A DNA stretch of 64,000 nt from Nemertoderma westbladi (taxonomy: Eukaryota; Animalia; Xenacoelomorpha). This document shows positions 1-14,200 of this stretch, piece by piece. The translations under genes and the position numbers were made by a program. A model generated the notes under the pieces. That model made no database searches and was not told the DNA's origin. It saw only the letters and a program-made list of their open reading frames with translations. How positions within the stretch are numbered: the first letter of the stretch is position 1; each line of letters begins with the position of its first letter. The DNA is taken from the NCBI GenBank assembly GCA_032718475.1, contig JAUCBJ010006470.1, forward strand, positions 62,001-126,000. Direction: 5' to 3'.

Positions 1-877
1 GTCAAAGTAATACGGTATATTAGGCTGTTGCTAATGTGATTCATTGCGTAATAAATTAGAATTGCGCATTCTGGAATACTTAGTAATTAGTACGCCGTTA
101 CATATTTGTGACCGTAATTGATTAGTAAAATTAAGAATTAGTACGCAGCATAGCCTGATAGCGGAGAGTAGCTAAGGTAATAATTTAGAGTACCGTAAAC
201 TATTCACGCTGAGCGGTTATTTGCATTAGCGGGCAACAAGCTAGATCGCAGTAGTCAGTACGCAAGACACTAGTAGATTGCTGGCCTAAAGCCAGCTGCA
301 GGCAATTTTAGACCCGGAGTGGTTTTACACCTACAAAAGACAGCATACTGTACCATTTTGATTATTTTAAATATTCTCGCATTCACACATTCCGTTAGGG
401 AACCCCCAGTATTCGCGATTAGAAAAGACGTAGACAATAGCATGCTTTAACAGTGGTAAAATTAGGCGTAAGAATACTCTGAGTGCAAAGCCCCTCGCAC
501 TCGTCTTAAGTAAGCTTAGGGAGCCGACTCGGGTTTATTGTTTTGGTTATTCCCGCGTGGCTCATAGATTCGAACAGTTAGCTCTCTATCGAGCGATCGG
601 TAGAGAAAGGAACAAGCGATTTTGCAGGAGCTGTGTAAATTTAGTAAAATATATTAGCGGACGGCAGATTAGCGCCATCCAACGGTAAGTAGCGGTTTTG
701 TATTTAGCAACCTTTACAATTTAGTAATAGCACGCTCCTGATCCCCTTTACTTAACAGTAGAGCAGTCTTTGTGTCTTATTGGTTAGGCGAGAACTCATT
801 AGGTTGGCAGAGAAGTATACGGGTATTTGTCTGTCCAACAGTTCTGCTGTTAGTATAGGGGTCGCACGTGTTTAACA
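1..877 (+). repeat. A1 5' LTR, 3' portion, ending ...GTTTAACA
   Basis: Homologous to the reverse complement of 32303-33172; its end aligns with the A2 LTR end (...GTTTATCA). Confidence 0.88.
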
Positions 878-894
878 GTAAGGTATGTGATTTG

Positions 895-1250
895 CTTGCT
901 GTACTGCGTACAGTAAATACAAATTAGATTACTGTATTAGGCACTGTACTGCGTACAGTAAGACAGAGAGTGTATTCTTAGGCTGATTAGTAGTATCACT
1001 GTTACTGCCGTAACAGTAGGGTATGTTTTGTTTGCTGTAGGCTGTAGCGTACAGTAGAACAATAGTGTATTCTTAGGCTGTTATGTTTGGATTACTGTAT
1101 TCATTGGTCGCGTGCAGTAGTACAGTAGTACATTAGGCTGATTGCTGTTACTGCGTACGGTAGAAAGGACATTTGTTTTGCCGTACCACATACAGTATCA
1201 TTAGGCTGTTAGGTTGGTGTACTGTTTACTTACTGTACTGCGTACAGTGG
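895..1250 (+). repeat. Array of short hairpin repeats CTGTAC-TGC-GTACAG in the A leader
   Basis: Copies near 899, 944, 1234 and variants near 999 (CTGTTAC-TGCC-GTAACAG), 1042 and 1145; similar array in A2 at ~32020-32285. Confidence 0.7.
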
Positions 1251-1406
1251 AAGTACGGTAGTGTGTTTTTACTAATTGCGAATACAGCAGTTCCTTAGGC
1301 CCTTAGGGCAAACTGTAATTAGTTAGTTTTTTGAAAATTTTAGTTAGGTTTGCGAGAATTCAGTTTCGGTCAAAATTATTTGTAAAATTCTAGAGTTTGT
1401 ACCGGT

Positions 1407-1769
1407 ATGTTAGGTAACCGCTTAGTTATTTTATACCATCTGGAGATACATGGCAAGACGGAACTTCTGAGTTTGGGGTTCGTGTGGGTCTGCGGGTTCG
1501 GTTTGCAATCAGCGAAAGGACTGAAACTTTGGACGCGGACGTGGAATCTCACAGCAAACAAGGTTAGTTGTTCTGTTGGCACCATTGTGTTTGTGGAAGC
1601 AGTAAAAAATTATCGGTTGTTTAACTGCGAAGCTGAACTCAATTTATTAGTTAGGATATTTAGGTTTAGCCGGCCATGGTTTTTTGAATCGCTCAAGTTA
1701 GAGAGAGAGTTAGAGAGAGTCGCAACCCGAAGATGTAGCCACGCGCTAGTGGATACATATAATATTTGA
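1407..1769 (+). other. 120-codon ATG-initiated leader ORF (possible uORF; may be non-coding)
   Basis: Open and the same length in both A copies (3 aa differences vs 31503-31865); no recognisable motif. Confidence 0.3.
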
Positions 1770-2101
1770 AATTAAAATTGTGTTAATTAGAGCTATATAT
1801 GTAAAATTAGAAATATTCGGGTGGCAAGTTATTTTGAGTATTTTGTATTAGATTCAAAGTTATTTTGTGCTATACCGGTATTTAATGCTATATAACTATA
1901 TCTACATATAACATATAACTATATCAACATATAACTATATGACTATATCCTATTAAATTCACAATATTGCATTGCGAATTTATTTTGACATTTTAGACCA
2001 ACTGATTATTTGTCAAATAATTTGACCGTATTTTCGATTAAATTATATATATATCTCGAACTTTTGTGAGATATTTTGGCCGGAAGGCAAACATTTAGAC
2101 T

Positions 2102-5100
2102 ATGAGTGTCTCAGACAAGGAGGCACTAGAGGACAGCTATGAGACGGCGGCTGGACTGCCGACTGACAATAGCGTAAATATAACTGTTGACGACAATGCC
2201 GACTATGACGACGCAGCGAGCGACGCTGACGTAAGTGAACAGGAGGACGAGACAGTAACTAGTGAGAAAGAACAACAACCTCAAGTAATAGTATTAGGAT
2301 CCCCTACCGCTACTGTAAGGAAGGATTGTACAGCAACCCAACCAGAGGTGAGTGATAAGGAGGGTAGTGTAGCAGAAGCGAGAGCCCGGAGCCCGGTTTC
2401 CAGACCTGTGGGTATGGTAAGTGCCGTGGCCCCAGCGGCTGTAAGGAGTACCCGTAGTTCCCGAAATAATCCTTCAAGTCCACTGAGTGGAAGTCAGGTA
2501 AGTGACAGAGAGTTCGACATCGCGATAAAGAAGAAACTTCGCGCGCATGCCGGACATATAACTCGGACGACGGATAAGGTAAGGAAGATGTTAGCTGACT
2601 CAGCGAACATCGGACGGGAATGGTTAGTAGAGATTAGAAGAGGATATAACTCAGCGTTATTCAAGCAGACGGAGGAGCTTGCAGTCCTAGCGAAGAAGGC
2701 AGTAGAGTCTCAGTCGAGCGACGTGGCAACGAGGGTTTACGATAGGGTTTTGGCAGCCCTGTTGGAGCACCGCGAGTTATCGGAGCGATTTCGACGAGTT
2801 AGGACGGAGAACTGGTTGCTATGGGCATCACAAGCGCAGGCGACTCAGGTGAGTGACGCAGAGTTGAGAGACTTAGTGGAGCGGGAAGTGATGCAAGACA
2901 AGGAGGAGCGCCGTTATCAGAGGGAAGTTACTAGCTGGCTGATGCAGAGTGGAGTGGTGGTACCGGGCCAGGTGCTACCGACAACGGAGAACATCCAACA
3001 AAGGACGTTAACTCCACCCGACGACGCATCCAGAGACAGTGGCGATTCCCAGGTTAGTCACGCGCGAGGGAAAGTTATATGTGCTAGATCCCTTGTTTCT
3101 CATAACTCGGCGGAAGAGAGAAGACGCCGACTAGACGAACAACAGGTGGAAGTTTTGCGTGCATCGGAAGCACGGAAGGAAGCCGAGCGGGAACGGGAGC
3201 GCACACATAAGTTAGACGCAAAGTTGCGAGAGTTGGAAGAGAAAGGTAAGCGTGAGCAAGCAGAACGCGAACAGAAGGAACGCGAACTCCAACTTGAACG
3301 CGAACTCCAACTTGAACGTGAACAGAAAGAACGCAAACAGAAGGAACGCGAACTCCAACTTGAACGCGAACGGATGGCGAAAGAACGTGAACTCCAACTC
3401 GAGCGCGAACAGAAGAAACGCGAATTCCAACTCGAACGCGAGCGCAAAGAACGCGAACTCGAGATCGAGAAGGAGCGACGGGCGTTGTATGAAGAGAAGG
3501 CGCGAGTGGAAGAAGAGAGCACAGCGAGACGAGCGAGGGAAGAAGAAGAACGTAAACTGGCGCAGTTAGAAAGTGCGAGATTAAATTTAGAGAGCGAAGA
3601 ACGGACTAGGAAGGCGAATGAAATCGCCGAGAAGGGGATGCGAATGCTCGAAGAATGTGGGGCGAGTGTAGGTACCGAGTTGCGAGAACTGTTCACATTG
3701 CAGAAGGCCGAACAGGAAGCGAGAACTCCGACTATACGCGAGTCGACGACGACCAGAATTCCTATACCCGGTCCAGCTATTACGAGTACTCGGATCGCTA
3801 AACCGTTCTCTACATATCGCACACCAGTTGGTATTAGTGCTTCACCCATCGCGCAGGATCCACGTCATCGGAACACCGCACCACTTCATACCGAACGCGA
3901 CAATGGAGAGTTTAGAGGAGAAACTCCTACTGGACGAGTATTTGGCGAACCGAACCCGCGGGTTTGGAATACGCGGACGGAACGCCGACCCAGTTCGACG
4001 GAGAACTTCCGGGTTAAACCGGAAGAGGGATCATATGAGAGACAGCGAATTACTCAGATAGAGCCGACTATACAACAGAACCCTAGCCAGGAATTTATTA
4101 CGAGGGATGAGTTAAGTGCCAGTTTAGCGCAAGCTATATCGCCGCACATCCAACCTATAACGGACATGCTTAGTAACCTACAGTTAAAGGAAGCAGCCCA
4201 GGTAAGGAGTAATTCAAATCCTAGCAGGCCTGACTTAGATAAAGTCCAACCTAATCAACGAGTACGCATATCAGAGGAAACTATACCACATAGACCTCAG
4301 GTAAGGACGCCTGTCCCGAATATCTCTAATCCCAATTTCGAAAATTCGGCCGAGAAATTTATTCAGGACGCTTGGGTCAGGGCCTCAGCACGCAAACCAT
4401 CGCGAGCGTTAAGGACTGACACCGAGTCAAGCGATGAAGAGGAAGACATGAGACGTCAGGAAAGAAGGACGGACGCGGAGCAGGTAAGTCTCAATCCCCG
4501 GGAAAGGCCCAGACTTAACAACCCTGAGGAACTAAACCATTTGTTAACCCGGAACGACGCAACCCTTAGGGACATAGGTAAGTTTGCTGCTAGGCAAGGA
4601 CTGCCGACGCAACAACCCCAGAAGTTTATGGGCAACCATAAACATTGGAGAACTTTCAAAACCTATGTCGACGAGCAGCTGACCAACAGCACCTTTACTC
4701 CCAATGAGAAATTCAACTATTTGCTTCAGATGCTCCAACGAGAACCTAGAGCCATTGCTGACAACTTCGTCGGCAATGAGAGAGCATTCGAATTAGCAAT
4801 GAAGACGCTTAGCGACATCTGCGGGAATAAAACCAAGATGGCACAGTCGATAGTAGAAGACTTGGGTAAGGGCGGAAGGATTACAACTCCGTTAGAGCTG
4901 TTGAACTTAGCGAACGCGATTTCGAACGCATTGGACATCTCGAGGACGGTGAATCTACCTCATCATGGTGATCACGCCGAAGTTTTGAAAAGCATAATAA
5001 GACGCTTAAACATGCGTTACAGACAGAAATGGCGCAAATTAGAGAATAAGTTGGAGGGCCAAGGTAAAGTATTGACACTTCAGCACATTCATGACATGAT

Positions 5101-8100
5101 AGCCACAGACGCAGTAGCAGAGATGAAATCAAACTTCTCAGAGGAGAATATGAGGGAGTCTAAACCTGTTACCGGTAAGTCTATGGTAAGTTTTGACGAT
5201 GACAGGACCACTGTGACATTTAACTCAGTAGACAGATATAATTCGAGTACCCCAGCCTTTAGATCAGACTCGCGAGTATGGTCGGGTGAGCGGTTAGATA
5301 GACCTAGGTTAAAGCAACAGGAGTTGCCGGATGGATTTGCAGGTTGCCAATACTGCTTACTAAAGGAGGTAAGATCTGACGACCATAAGTTAGACAGTTG
5401 CAGACGGTTCAAAGAATTAAATTCGGAACAGAGAAGAGTTCAAGTGCGGACGTTGGACACCTGTTGGGCTTGTCTTGCGCCAGGTCATGTACGGCGGCAG
5501 TGCCCGAACAGCAAGGACGGATGCATGGAATGAGGCAGATTACATCACAAGTTGCTACATGCGGATTTCCATACCCCAACGGACCGTTACTTACAGCGAA
5601 ATCCTCAAAGGAAGGGGAGCAAAGAACCCGTATCGATAAGGAGAAATACGTATACTAGCATCCAGGACGATGGTTACCAACCAGGTTCGTCGGACGAAGA
5701 TGGCGAGTCGAGCGCGAGAGAAGTGACCTGCCAAGGTTTCACCGCGGATAGTTCATCGACCAGCGCGCGGACGTATTTATCATCGGCCACGTCGGAAATA
5801 TTCAGCGTGATACCGGTGAGACTTACTGGAGATAAGGGATCAAAGCGGATATATGTGATGTTGGACACGGCGTCCACATTATCATATATCGACGAGGAAG
5901 TGGCGAGAGCCGTTTCTAGCTTCCAAAACGCCGAGAAGATCCAAATAGAGTTGAAGTCTATGCACGGAGTAGGAGACCTCAAGGGACACAGAATTTCGGT
6001 AGAATTAGACTCCCTACTTCCAAGAGACCAACACACTCGACAAGAACGGAGAGCTTTGCCATTGGACGGATTTAAGTGTCTAGCTATGAAGGGGTTCGGC
6101 AGGCAGTTAGGTAAGGTGCCACCGATGAGTCCCATAGCACAGGAGTATTTTGACAAGCTCAGAGTACCCAGACACCAGGTAGGTTATAGGAATGTTTCTA
6201 TGTTGATTGGTGCAGAACAGCTGATCGCAAACCAAATATGGGAAACGAGACCAGCTGAGCTGCATGTCAATGGACCACATGCCCATAGGACTATACTAGG
6301 TTGGTATACAAGAGTACCCATGTCTTATGAGTTTACAGGTGGCGACAAGCCAATAGAAAGATACGACGGATTACAGCCTATAACTCAACCACCGTTAGTA
6401 GAACCACCAGACATAGACGAGTTTAGGAGAACCTGTATTGACCATTATAGTGACGTTAGCGAGTCGGACGAGGAGTTGATTCCCGATAATGTTAGGTTGT
6501 CGGAACCACTTCACAACGACCGGACAGATAGTGAACCCGAGGACTACTGTTATCAGACCCGTAGGTCTGGTTCAGCGGCCCACGCTACCTATTTGAGTAA
6601 CGTTTTGACTTATACTGATATAGTGGAGGGTCAAGTGGCTAAGACCTCGACATTTTCCAATACAGTGAGAAGGAGTTGCAGAAGGAATTGATACGCCAGG
6701 ACCTCGAGACAGGAGCTAGAACCGTCGAATGGCTGGATAGGGACGCAATGGAACCCGGTGGATATGACTTAACCATGTCCACTGAAGAAAAACGGTCGCT
6801 GGAGATGATGGAAGATACCATACGTCTGCTACTGACTGGACATTTTGAAGTTGGAATGTTGTGGCGTCGACAACCTCCTAAGTTGGAGAACAACTACAGC
6901 TTAGCCTTGAAAAGATTGAACGGAGTAAGGGCTCGGTTGTTAAGGAATCCGGACATTAGGGAGAAGTATTGCGCCCAGATCAACAACTATTTCGCCAAGG
7001 GATTTGCTGGGAAGGTAGAGGACCCTGACTTAGTGACAGACCAGACATATTACCTTCCACACCACTATGTGACTCACCCTGACAAACCTGACAAAGTCCG
7101 AGTAGTCAACGACTGCGCAGCAGTCTATAGAGGTATGTCCCTGAATTCAGAGTTGATGGATGGTCCCAACCTGAACAATTATTTGATAGGTATACTGTTA
7201 CGTTTTAGACAGCGGCGATTCCCATTTACTTGTGACATCGAGGCGATGTTCCACCAGGTAAGAGCCTGTAAGGCAGACCAGGATAGCCTTCGATTTCTCT
7301 GGTATGAGAATGAAGACTTATCCGGCCCAGTGGTTACATACCAAATGTACGTTAGGATATTTGGCGCCCGCGATAGTCCAAATGGTACGCTGTTTGTTCT
7401 AAAGAAAACGGCAACAGCCCAGATTGGTAAGTATCCAGTAGAAGTAATCGAGTCCATCTTGAGAAACTTCTATATGGACGACGGATTGGTGTCTAAGGAC
7501 ACAGCGGAACAAGCCATAGAAGTGGCTCACGGCCTACAGGAGTGCTTGGCTACAGGGGGTTTTCCTCTGACCAAGTTCACTACGAACTCGGAGGCCCTGT
7601 TAAAGTCGTTCCCGGTGAAAGATCGCGGGAGCGGAGACATTGAATTGGGGGTAGAACCCATCCCCATGGCGCGAGTACTGGGACTCGCTTGGAACCCTAA
7701 CACGGACAAGTTCCAGGTAAGAGTTAGATTTGAGCCCAGTAGCCCAGACAAAGTTTTGACAAAGAGAATTTGCTTATCGATGTTAAGTAGACTATTTGAC
7801 CCGATGAACTTTATCAGTCCGGTAATATTACGGGCACGAGCGTGCATGAGGAAAATTTGGTTGTCCAACCTAGAGTGGGACGAACCAATATCTCCTATAC
7901 ATGCAAAGCAGTGGAGAGAGTGGGAAGCCGAGTTGCATCTATTGAAAAATATAGATGTACCCCGATCCTACTTTCCGAATCAGCTGGTATTTCCAGCTGA
8001 TCTAGAACTGCACCTGTTCAGTGACGCAAGCGACACCGGCTTTGGTATGGTAGCCTACCTTCGCCGAGAGGTAAGTCAGGACAAGTTTGAGACGGCCTTT

Positions 8101-10443
8101 GTGACTTCTAGATCAAAGACAATGCCGGTCAAATACATGACTGTCCCTCGTGCAGAGTTACAGGCGGCAGTAGTTTCAGTCGAGGTAAGTAAGCAGATAA
8201 TAGAGGAGTTAGACACGACATTGACCTTATTCTATTGGACGGACGCATCCTTAGTGTTAGTATATATCGCGGCCAACAATATTGCACTAAAGACATTTGT
8301 GGCCAACAGACGCGCTCAGATCATCGACTTTACAACGAAGGAACAGTGGAGACATTGTCCGGGAGTGTTGAACCCGGCCGACATAACTTCGAGAGGTGCA
8401 ATGCCGGCGGAATTCTGTCAGGAAGAGTCCCAGGAGTTTTGGTTGCATGGACCTGATTTTCTAACAAGGACACAGGAACATTGGCCAGAGCGACTGAAGA
8501 TAGTGACCAATCCGATGCCTGAAGATGCAGAAGTCAAAGTGGAGAAAGTCTCTAAGTCAAAGTCTAAAGCCAAACTCAAGTCATTGGAGCGGCCTGAAGA
8601 GTCATTGGAGCGGCCTGAAGAGTTATTGGAGCGGCCCGGAGACCTGTCAGACCTACAGACTTACGTGACTACTAGGTCAGGAAGGGTAAGTTATGACATA
8701 AAACCACCCTTACAGACTAGACAGTCACAGTTGGTAAGTGACGGACAGAAAATGACCGACACAATGGAGCCTTTGGTTTCCAAACCTGCGGGTTTGGATT
8801 CAAAACTTCCATTATTTAGCGGACAACCGTCGCTGGCATTAGAGTCATGCAGTATTTATGACAAATAACTAAATTCGTCTGCCTCTTGGCTGACAATTTG
8901 TAAAATAACTGCGTGGTTAAGCCGATACGTTTCGTACCTTTGTATAAAACATTCGAAACATTTGGGAGAACAAACGAGCACTAATAGCGAGCGAATTCAG
9001 AAATTGAAACAACCTCTGACAGAGGATGAGATTGATCAAGCGGAATTAAAGCATTTGAAGCATTATCAAATGTGTGCCTTCCCGAAAGAATTCCACCTAT
9101 TATCGGCTCAACGACCAGTTCAATATAAACCCCTTAGAAAATGGAGTCCATTAATCCATAAGGGTTTAATTTGTCATAGATCGAGAATCCAGACTGTCGA
9201 CATAAACTCACAGTTTCGGTTCCCAGTGATAATCCCTAGTCACCCAATAGAATTGCAAAGAGCGATTCTATGGGATATACACAAGAGGTTGCATCACGCG
9301 GGAAAGTTACACTGTTTGTCGACAGCGAGACAGCGATTCATTCTATTGCAGCCAAGCAGGGCAGTAGGTACTATGTACGACGCCTGTCTGGTTTGCAAGA
9401 GGGTGAACGCCAGAGTATTGGAACAGGAGATGGCTGAACTCCCGGAAGCGAGAGTGCAGGCATATGACCCACCTTTTACGAACACAGGGGTGGATTGTTT
9501 TGGTCCGATTGAGGCAAAGAGTGGACGGCTGACCCACAAGCGATGGGGTCTGCGTATGACATGCATGGCTAGTAGAGCCATACACATTGAGCGTGTGGCA
9601 GACATGTCGACCAAATCTCTGCTCCTGGCCTTAAAGAGATTTATGGCCAGGAGAGGACTAGTAAAGGCTTTCTACTCCGATAAGGGTACAAACTTTGTCG
9701 GAGGGAATAGCGAGTTAAACGCGGCTCACAAAGCAGCACAGAATAAAGAAATTTCTGCAGCACTTTTGCCGCAACGAGTAGAGTGGAGATTTAATACTCC
9801 AGAAAGTCCTTGGAGAGGAGGAAGTTGGGAGCGTTTGGTTCGCTCTGTAAAGCAGGCCATTGCAAAAACATTGCCTGTAAATAAACAACTTACCGACGAC
9901 GAACTGGTTACAGCTTTCATCGAAATCGAGCATACCCTAAACTCGAGGCCGATAGCTATGTTGCCAGACGGTGTTGCATTAACGCCGAATCATTTGCTAA
10001 TGCAGAGTCCAGCATTTCTTGTGCCGGCATCAGAACCCATTAGTGCCGACCTATACAGTCGTAAGAGCTGGAAAATGACTCAATTTGTGGCGTACACATT
10101 CTGGGAATATTGGCGGGAATATTATCTTCCTACCATATCGACCAGAAATAAGTGGTACAAAACGGTTCGGAGCCTCCAAAGAGGAGACTACGTATTAATA
10201 ACCGAACCGATTATCAAGAGAAAATACTGGGAAACAGGTGTCATCTTGCATATACACCCAGACGTGCAAAACATAGTGCGCACAGTCACTGTGAAAATTA
10301 GGTGCAAGTGTCCGCACCCAAAGAAGTGTAAAACTAATGGTTTACACACCTTGGACCGACCGGTCCAAGATATTGTGTTATTGGAAGAGACACGGATAGA
10401 GACAGGAGATTATAATTTGTCTCCTGCCTCAAAGCAGAATTAG
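2102..10443 (+). pseudogene. gag-pol: A1 Bel/Pao gag-pol polyprotein, disrupted (TGA 5531-5533, ~7-bp deletion frameshift near 6643, TAA 8866-8868)
   Basis: Coiled coil; Pao-type capsid (PQKFMGNHKHWRTF..EKFNYL); Zn knuckles (CWACLAPGHVRRQC); protease LDTAS; RT DIEAMF/YMDD; RNase H LHLFSDASD; integrase HH..CLVC, TGVDCFGP, YSDKGTNF, WRGGSWERLV. Lesions defined against A2. Confidence 0.95.
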
Positions 10444-11217
10444 TGTTGGACGCAACTCACTTCGTATGCATTCCTCGTATGCAAATACTAGGAAATGCAT
10501 AGGAGCGGGGTTGTGGTGATTTGCGTTGAGTTTTGTCTGGTGGGTATCAAAAAACAAAAATTTTATTTTCAAAATTTTTGGAAAATTAAAAATTTAAAAA
10601 ATTAGAAGTGAACCCAAGACAATCTCAGACGCTGTGTATAGATGCGTTTTAGAATTCGTCTATAGAGATACACAATAATTTGAAAAGTCGTGAAGCCTGG
10701 AAAATAGCATTTAGAAACCATGGTGACGGCTATATTACGTAGGAGTGTAAATTGAGTTTAGCAACTTCCACAGATTGGTGCCAACAGTGCAACTAAGGTG
10801 CTAAAGGTTAGTAGCACCAGAGGCGTACATGGACCCCACTCAGTAGTTTGCAGTGATGTGTGATGTTCGATTATCAAACCTGTGGGTTTGGTATAGTCGA
10901 GTATTGTGGCTATAGTCGAACTTTCTAACTACTATAGTTTAGTACGAGTAATGGGAGTAGTTTGGGCATCAAAAAGTGAGTTGGTCACGGCCAGTTTATC
11001 TCCAAAGTTTTGCGCTATGCATGGGAATAGGTTAGAGGATAGTTAGTTAGGAAGAGACGGGATCTAGAGAGTCGAACCTGAACTGCTGGAAGGCGGGGGG
11101 GGGGGGGGGGGGGGTTCGGGAGGTCTGTCTTTCGGCAACATCTAACTGATTTACCCACAGTGTAATTGGTTACGTAACGGCACTTATTGGGATATATATG
11201 TATATACGCGGGGCATA

Positions 11218-14200
11218 ATGGAGAAGGGAATTAGAGCGCAACCGCGCAGAGGATTTACTGCCAGAGAGGAGGCGGAGTTACCATTCGCGCGACCAGGATG
11301 TAAAGATTCTAACGTTTACTACCATGGACGGTCCGTGATGGAGCTAAATGGGAAATACAAACCTACTTATGATAAGGAATTACGGAGGGAAAGAATGAGA
11401 GCGTTGGGGGACCGTATGGAAGTTTTGCGGAGAGAGTATCGCACTCGGTATCCCTACGACTTCGCTTTGGACGTATGTGACATTAGTGCAGACCCGGATG
11501 AGGAGATCGCGCGGCTGTACCATATGAATATGTATTTACGACACGAAGAGCCGCTACCTGCAGTCCGAGACCAGTTCGACGGAATGCATCTGTACCGGAG
11601 GACTCGAGGCGAGGACCAAGAGACGCCGAAGATCTTCAGCGTGTACAAGTTGTTTTACAAGTGTGGTGAATGCATGAATAAACAAGACGTGGCGATTCCC
11701 GACCGACTAGACGAGCAACATCCAGAACCAATATTAACGCGATGTCCAGCTCATCAGTTCCTTAGATACAACGAGGGAGGTTACCCAATGAGCAACCCGA
11801 TGATCAGTATCGACTTCAGCGGAAAGCAACCTCCTAGACCTGTTACGCCGACCGTTACGACATTAGATCCGTATACGGAGATTAAACCCTGTTCGACACC
11901 CAGTTTGATAGAGACAGCAGCGGCCATTTCGCTGTACCGAGCCTATAAGGACCTAGAGGCGCGGCGCGAAGCGGCACAGGACTCGGGTACCAAACCCGCG
12001 GGTTTGGAGCTCTCGAGTCCCTGGACTACGTTTACTTCGCCTCATCGAGCGAGAACCCTCACGCCTGAGCATCAGGACGACATAGACGCGTTGCGGCAGG
12101 AGGAGCGAGCGGCGAAAGCGAAGGAGTTATTCGAGAAGCGGATAGCGGAATATAATAAGACCGCGGATAGACATCGGGAGGAGACGAGGAGAGCGACCGG
12201 ATTTGTTCCACAGGCCGTATCTCAACCCCGACCGGTGTATTATTCCGACGGCAACGAACCTGCGATATTGGTAGATCATCCAGAGTCGCGAGAAGCGATT
12301 AGATTCTTGCCGATGGTGAGAATGGCGGATCATTGGAACGTAGACTGTCTACGGGAAGTTTTATGCGCGAAGTTCTTGCGTGATGTCCCGATGCAGATCA
12401 CGGATTATGACACACTAGACAAGATTGGAGCTCCGGGGAAGGAGAGTAAACTGTTTGGATGGTTAGACAAGTACATCAAGGTATGGGTCGCGGTGGCTAC
12501 ATTCCCAGACGACGAGGAGGTAGACCAGACGTGGCTGAGGAGGAAGGGTTCTTACACCCGATATGATGACCACAAGGCTATCGAGCGCATGTGGACCCCA
12601 TCAGACGAGATTCAGCGTCAGTGGAGGAAGACGGAGGAATCACTGCAAGATTGGAGGGTGATGTTCTACGACAATGAAGGAGGGTCCCATCAAGAATGCT
12701 TGACTAGTAAGTGCATTCAAATTCGCGCGGCCGATGGTGTGACTCATGTGTTTATGCGCGTGAGGGCGGATAGAGAGAGACCGGAGCCCATCATAACGAC
12801 ACAATATCGGAGGGGAAAGGATCCTAGGGAACAGATTTTGGAGGTATGCAGGCGAGGAGGTATGCACGGAGCAGAGCGTATCGACGCCAGGATGTTACCC
12901 AAGAAGGTTAGAGAGGCTATTCTCAACCAAGATTACGTCAAGGTGGGATCGGGAGTCCAGAGCGATTTGGAGAGTGACTTCAACGCCATGACTGACTTGG
13001 AAGATAGATTGCCGAGACCGTTCGTCGACACCAAGCTATTGTTGCTATGGGCGCAGGATATTGGAATTTATAGGGAGTATCCCAACTCTGCCAAGACTTG
13101 GTATGGGCTTCATAGCACACTTATTGTATAATTGGGACTTTAAGTTAAAGACGCAGAAGAAGTATGAGGAGGCGTATGGTGAATACAACACGCCACCGGG
13201 AGCGGAGTTCAAATCCCACTTCAAGCGGCAAGCGTTAGTGTATTGGAACATTTGCGCGCCACCCCGTGCGTCACTACAATATTATTTGGTGCTTGAGTCG
13301 AACACGGTAACTTGTTTATTAGCGGATATCGTTGCGCGAGTTTTGAAGCGTCATCCATTGGTGTTCGGAGGAGATCAATACGTTCGCTCGAAAGGGGGAA
13401 TCCAATCCGACGTGATGAAGCGTTTCTTAACCCCGTTCTTCAACCAATCGTTAGAGAATACGTCGATGGTTAGGAGAGGATTAGCAATATTCGAAGGAGT
13501 ATATCGACAGAACATCGGAGACTTGGGAGACCGACCGTCGATGGAGTATCCGTCGCCAGAGGCCTTGGAGAAGTGGTTCGGGAATCAAACCCGCGGGTTT
13601 GGTACTCCCTTCCACTCGGAGGCTGATAGACCCGTTAAAGAGGGTTGGCCGGAGACGTTAGTAGAGGTGTTCGGAGTAGATCTTCCGGTGGAGAAGACAT
13701 ATCCGAAACGAACGCGGGAGGAAATATTGGAGATAGAGGACAAGGGCGAGGATGTTTACTTTGTTCCGGATCGGCAACCGTTGACCGGAGAGGACGACAT
13801 CGTATTGGACATTGGGAAAGAAGGAAGTGCGAAACCGATTGGAGACCTCATATACGAGAGGGCCTGGTTTCCACAAGCGCGTAGATGTAAGTTGTGCGGC
13901 AGCATAAGGCACATTCAAAAATCGTGCGACGCGGTAGTAGAGGCGGCGCATAAGGTTTGCCGTTGGTGTAATGAGACCGACCATTCGTTTCACACGTGCA
14001 CCGTCTTCATTTCTCAATGCGGATATTGTGGAGTAAAGGGACATCGTAGCGCGAGATGTCAGCTGCGAGATGATTCCTTCCAAAACCATAGCGCCAACCT
14101 ACTTCGGGAGATGTTAGATAAGTGGGAGAGTGTGGCCGACTACCACATTCAAGCGCAGATGCGTTGGTTACCATTTAAGGCGGGATACGGATTTTGGGCA

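Noticed and set aside
3100-3849. Antisense ORFs over gag (also 29358-30183 and 60457-60826)
   Set aside because: Shadows of low-complexity coiled-coil codons.
11095-11114. Poly-G tracts (also 45448-45473) as functional G-quadruplexes
   Set aside because: A2 has only ~7 G at the first site; likely homopolymer slippage or a sequencing artefact.
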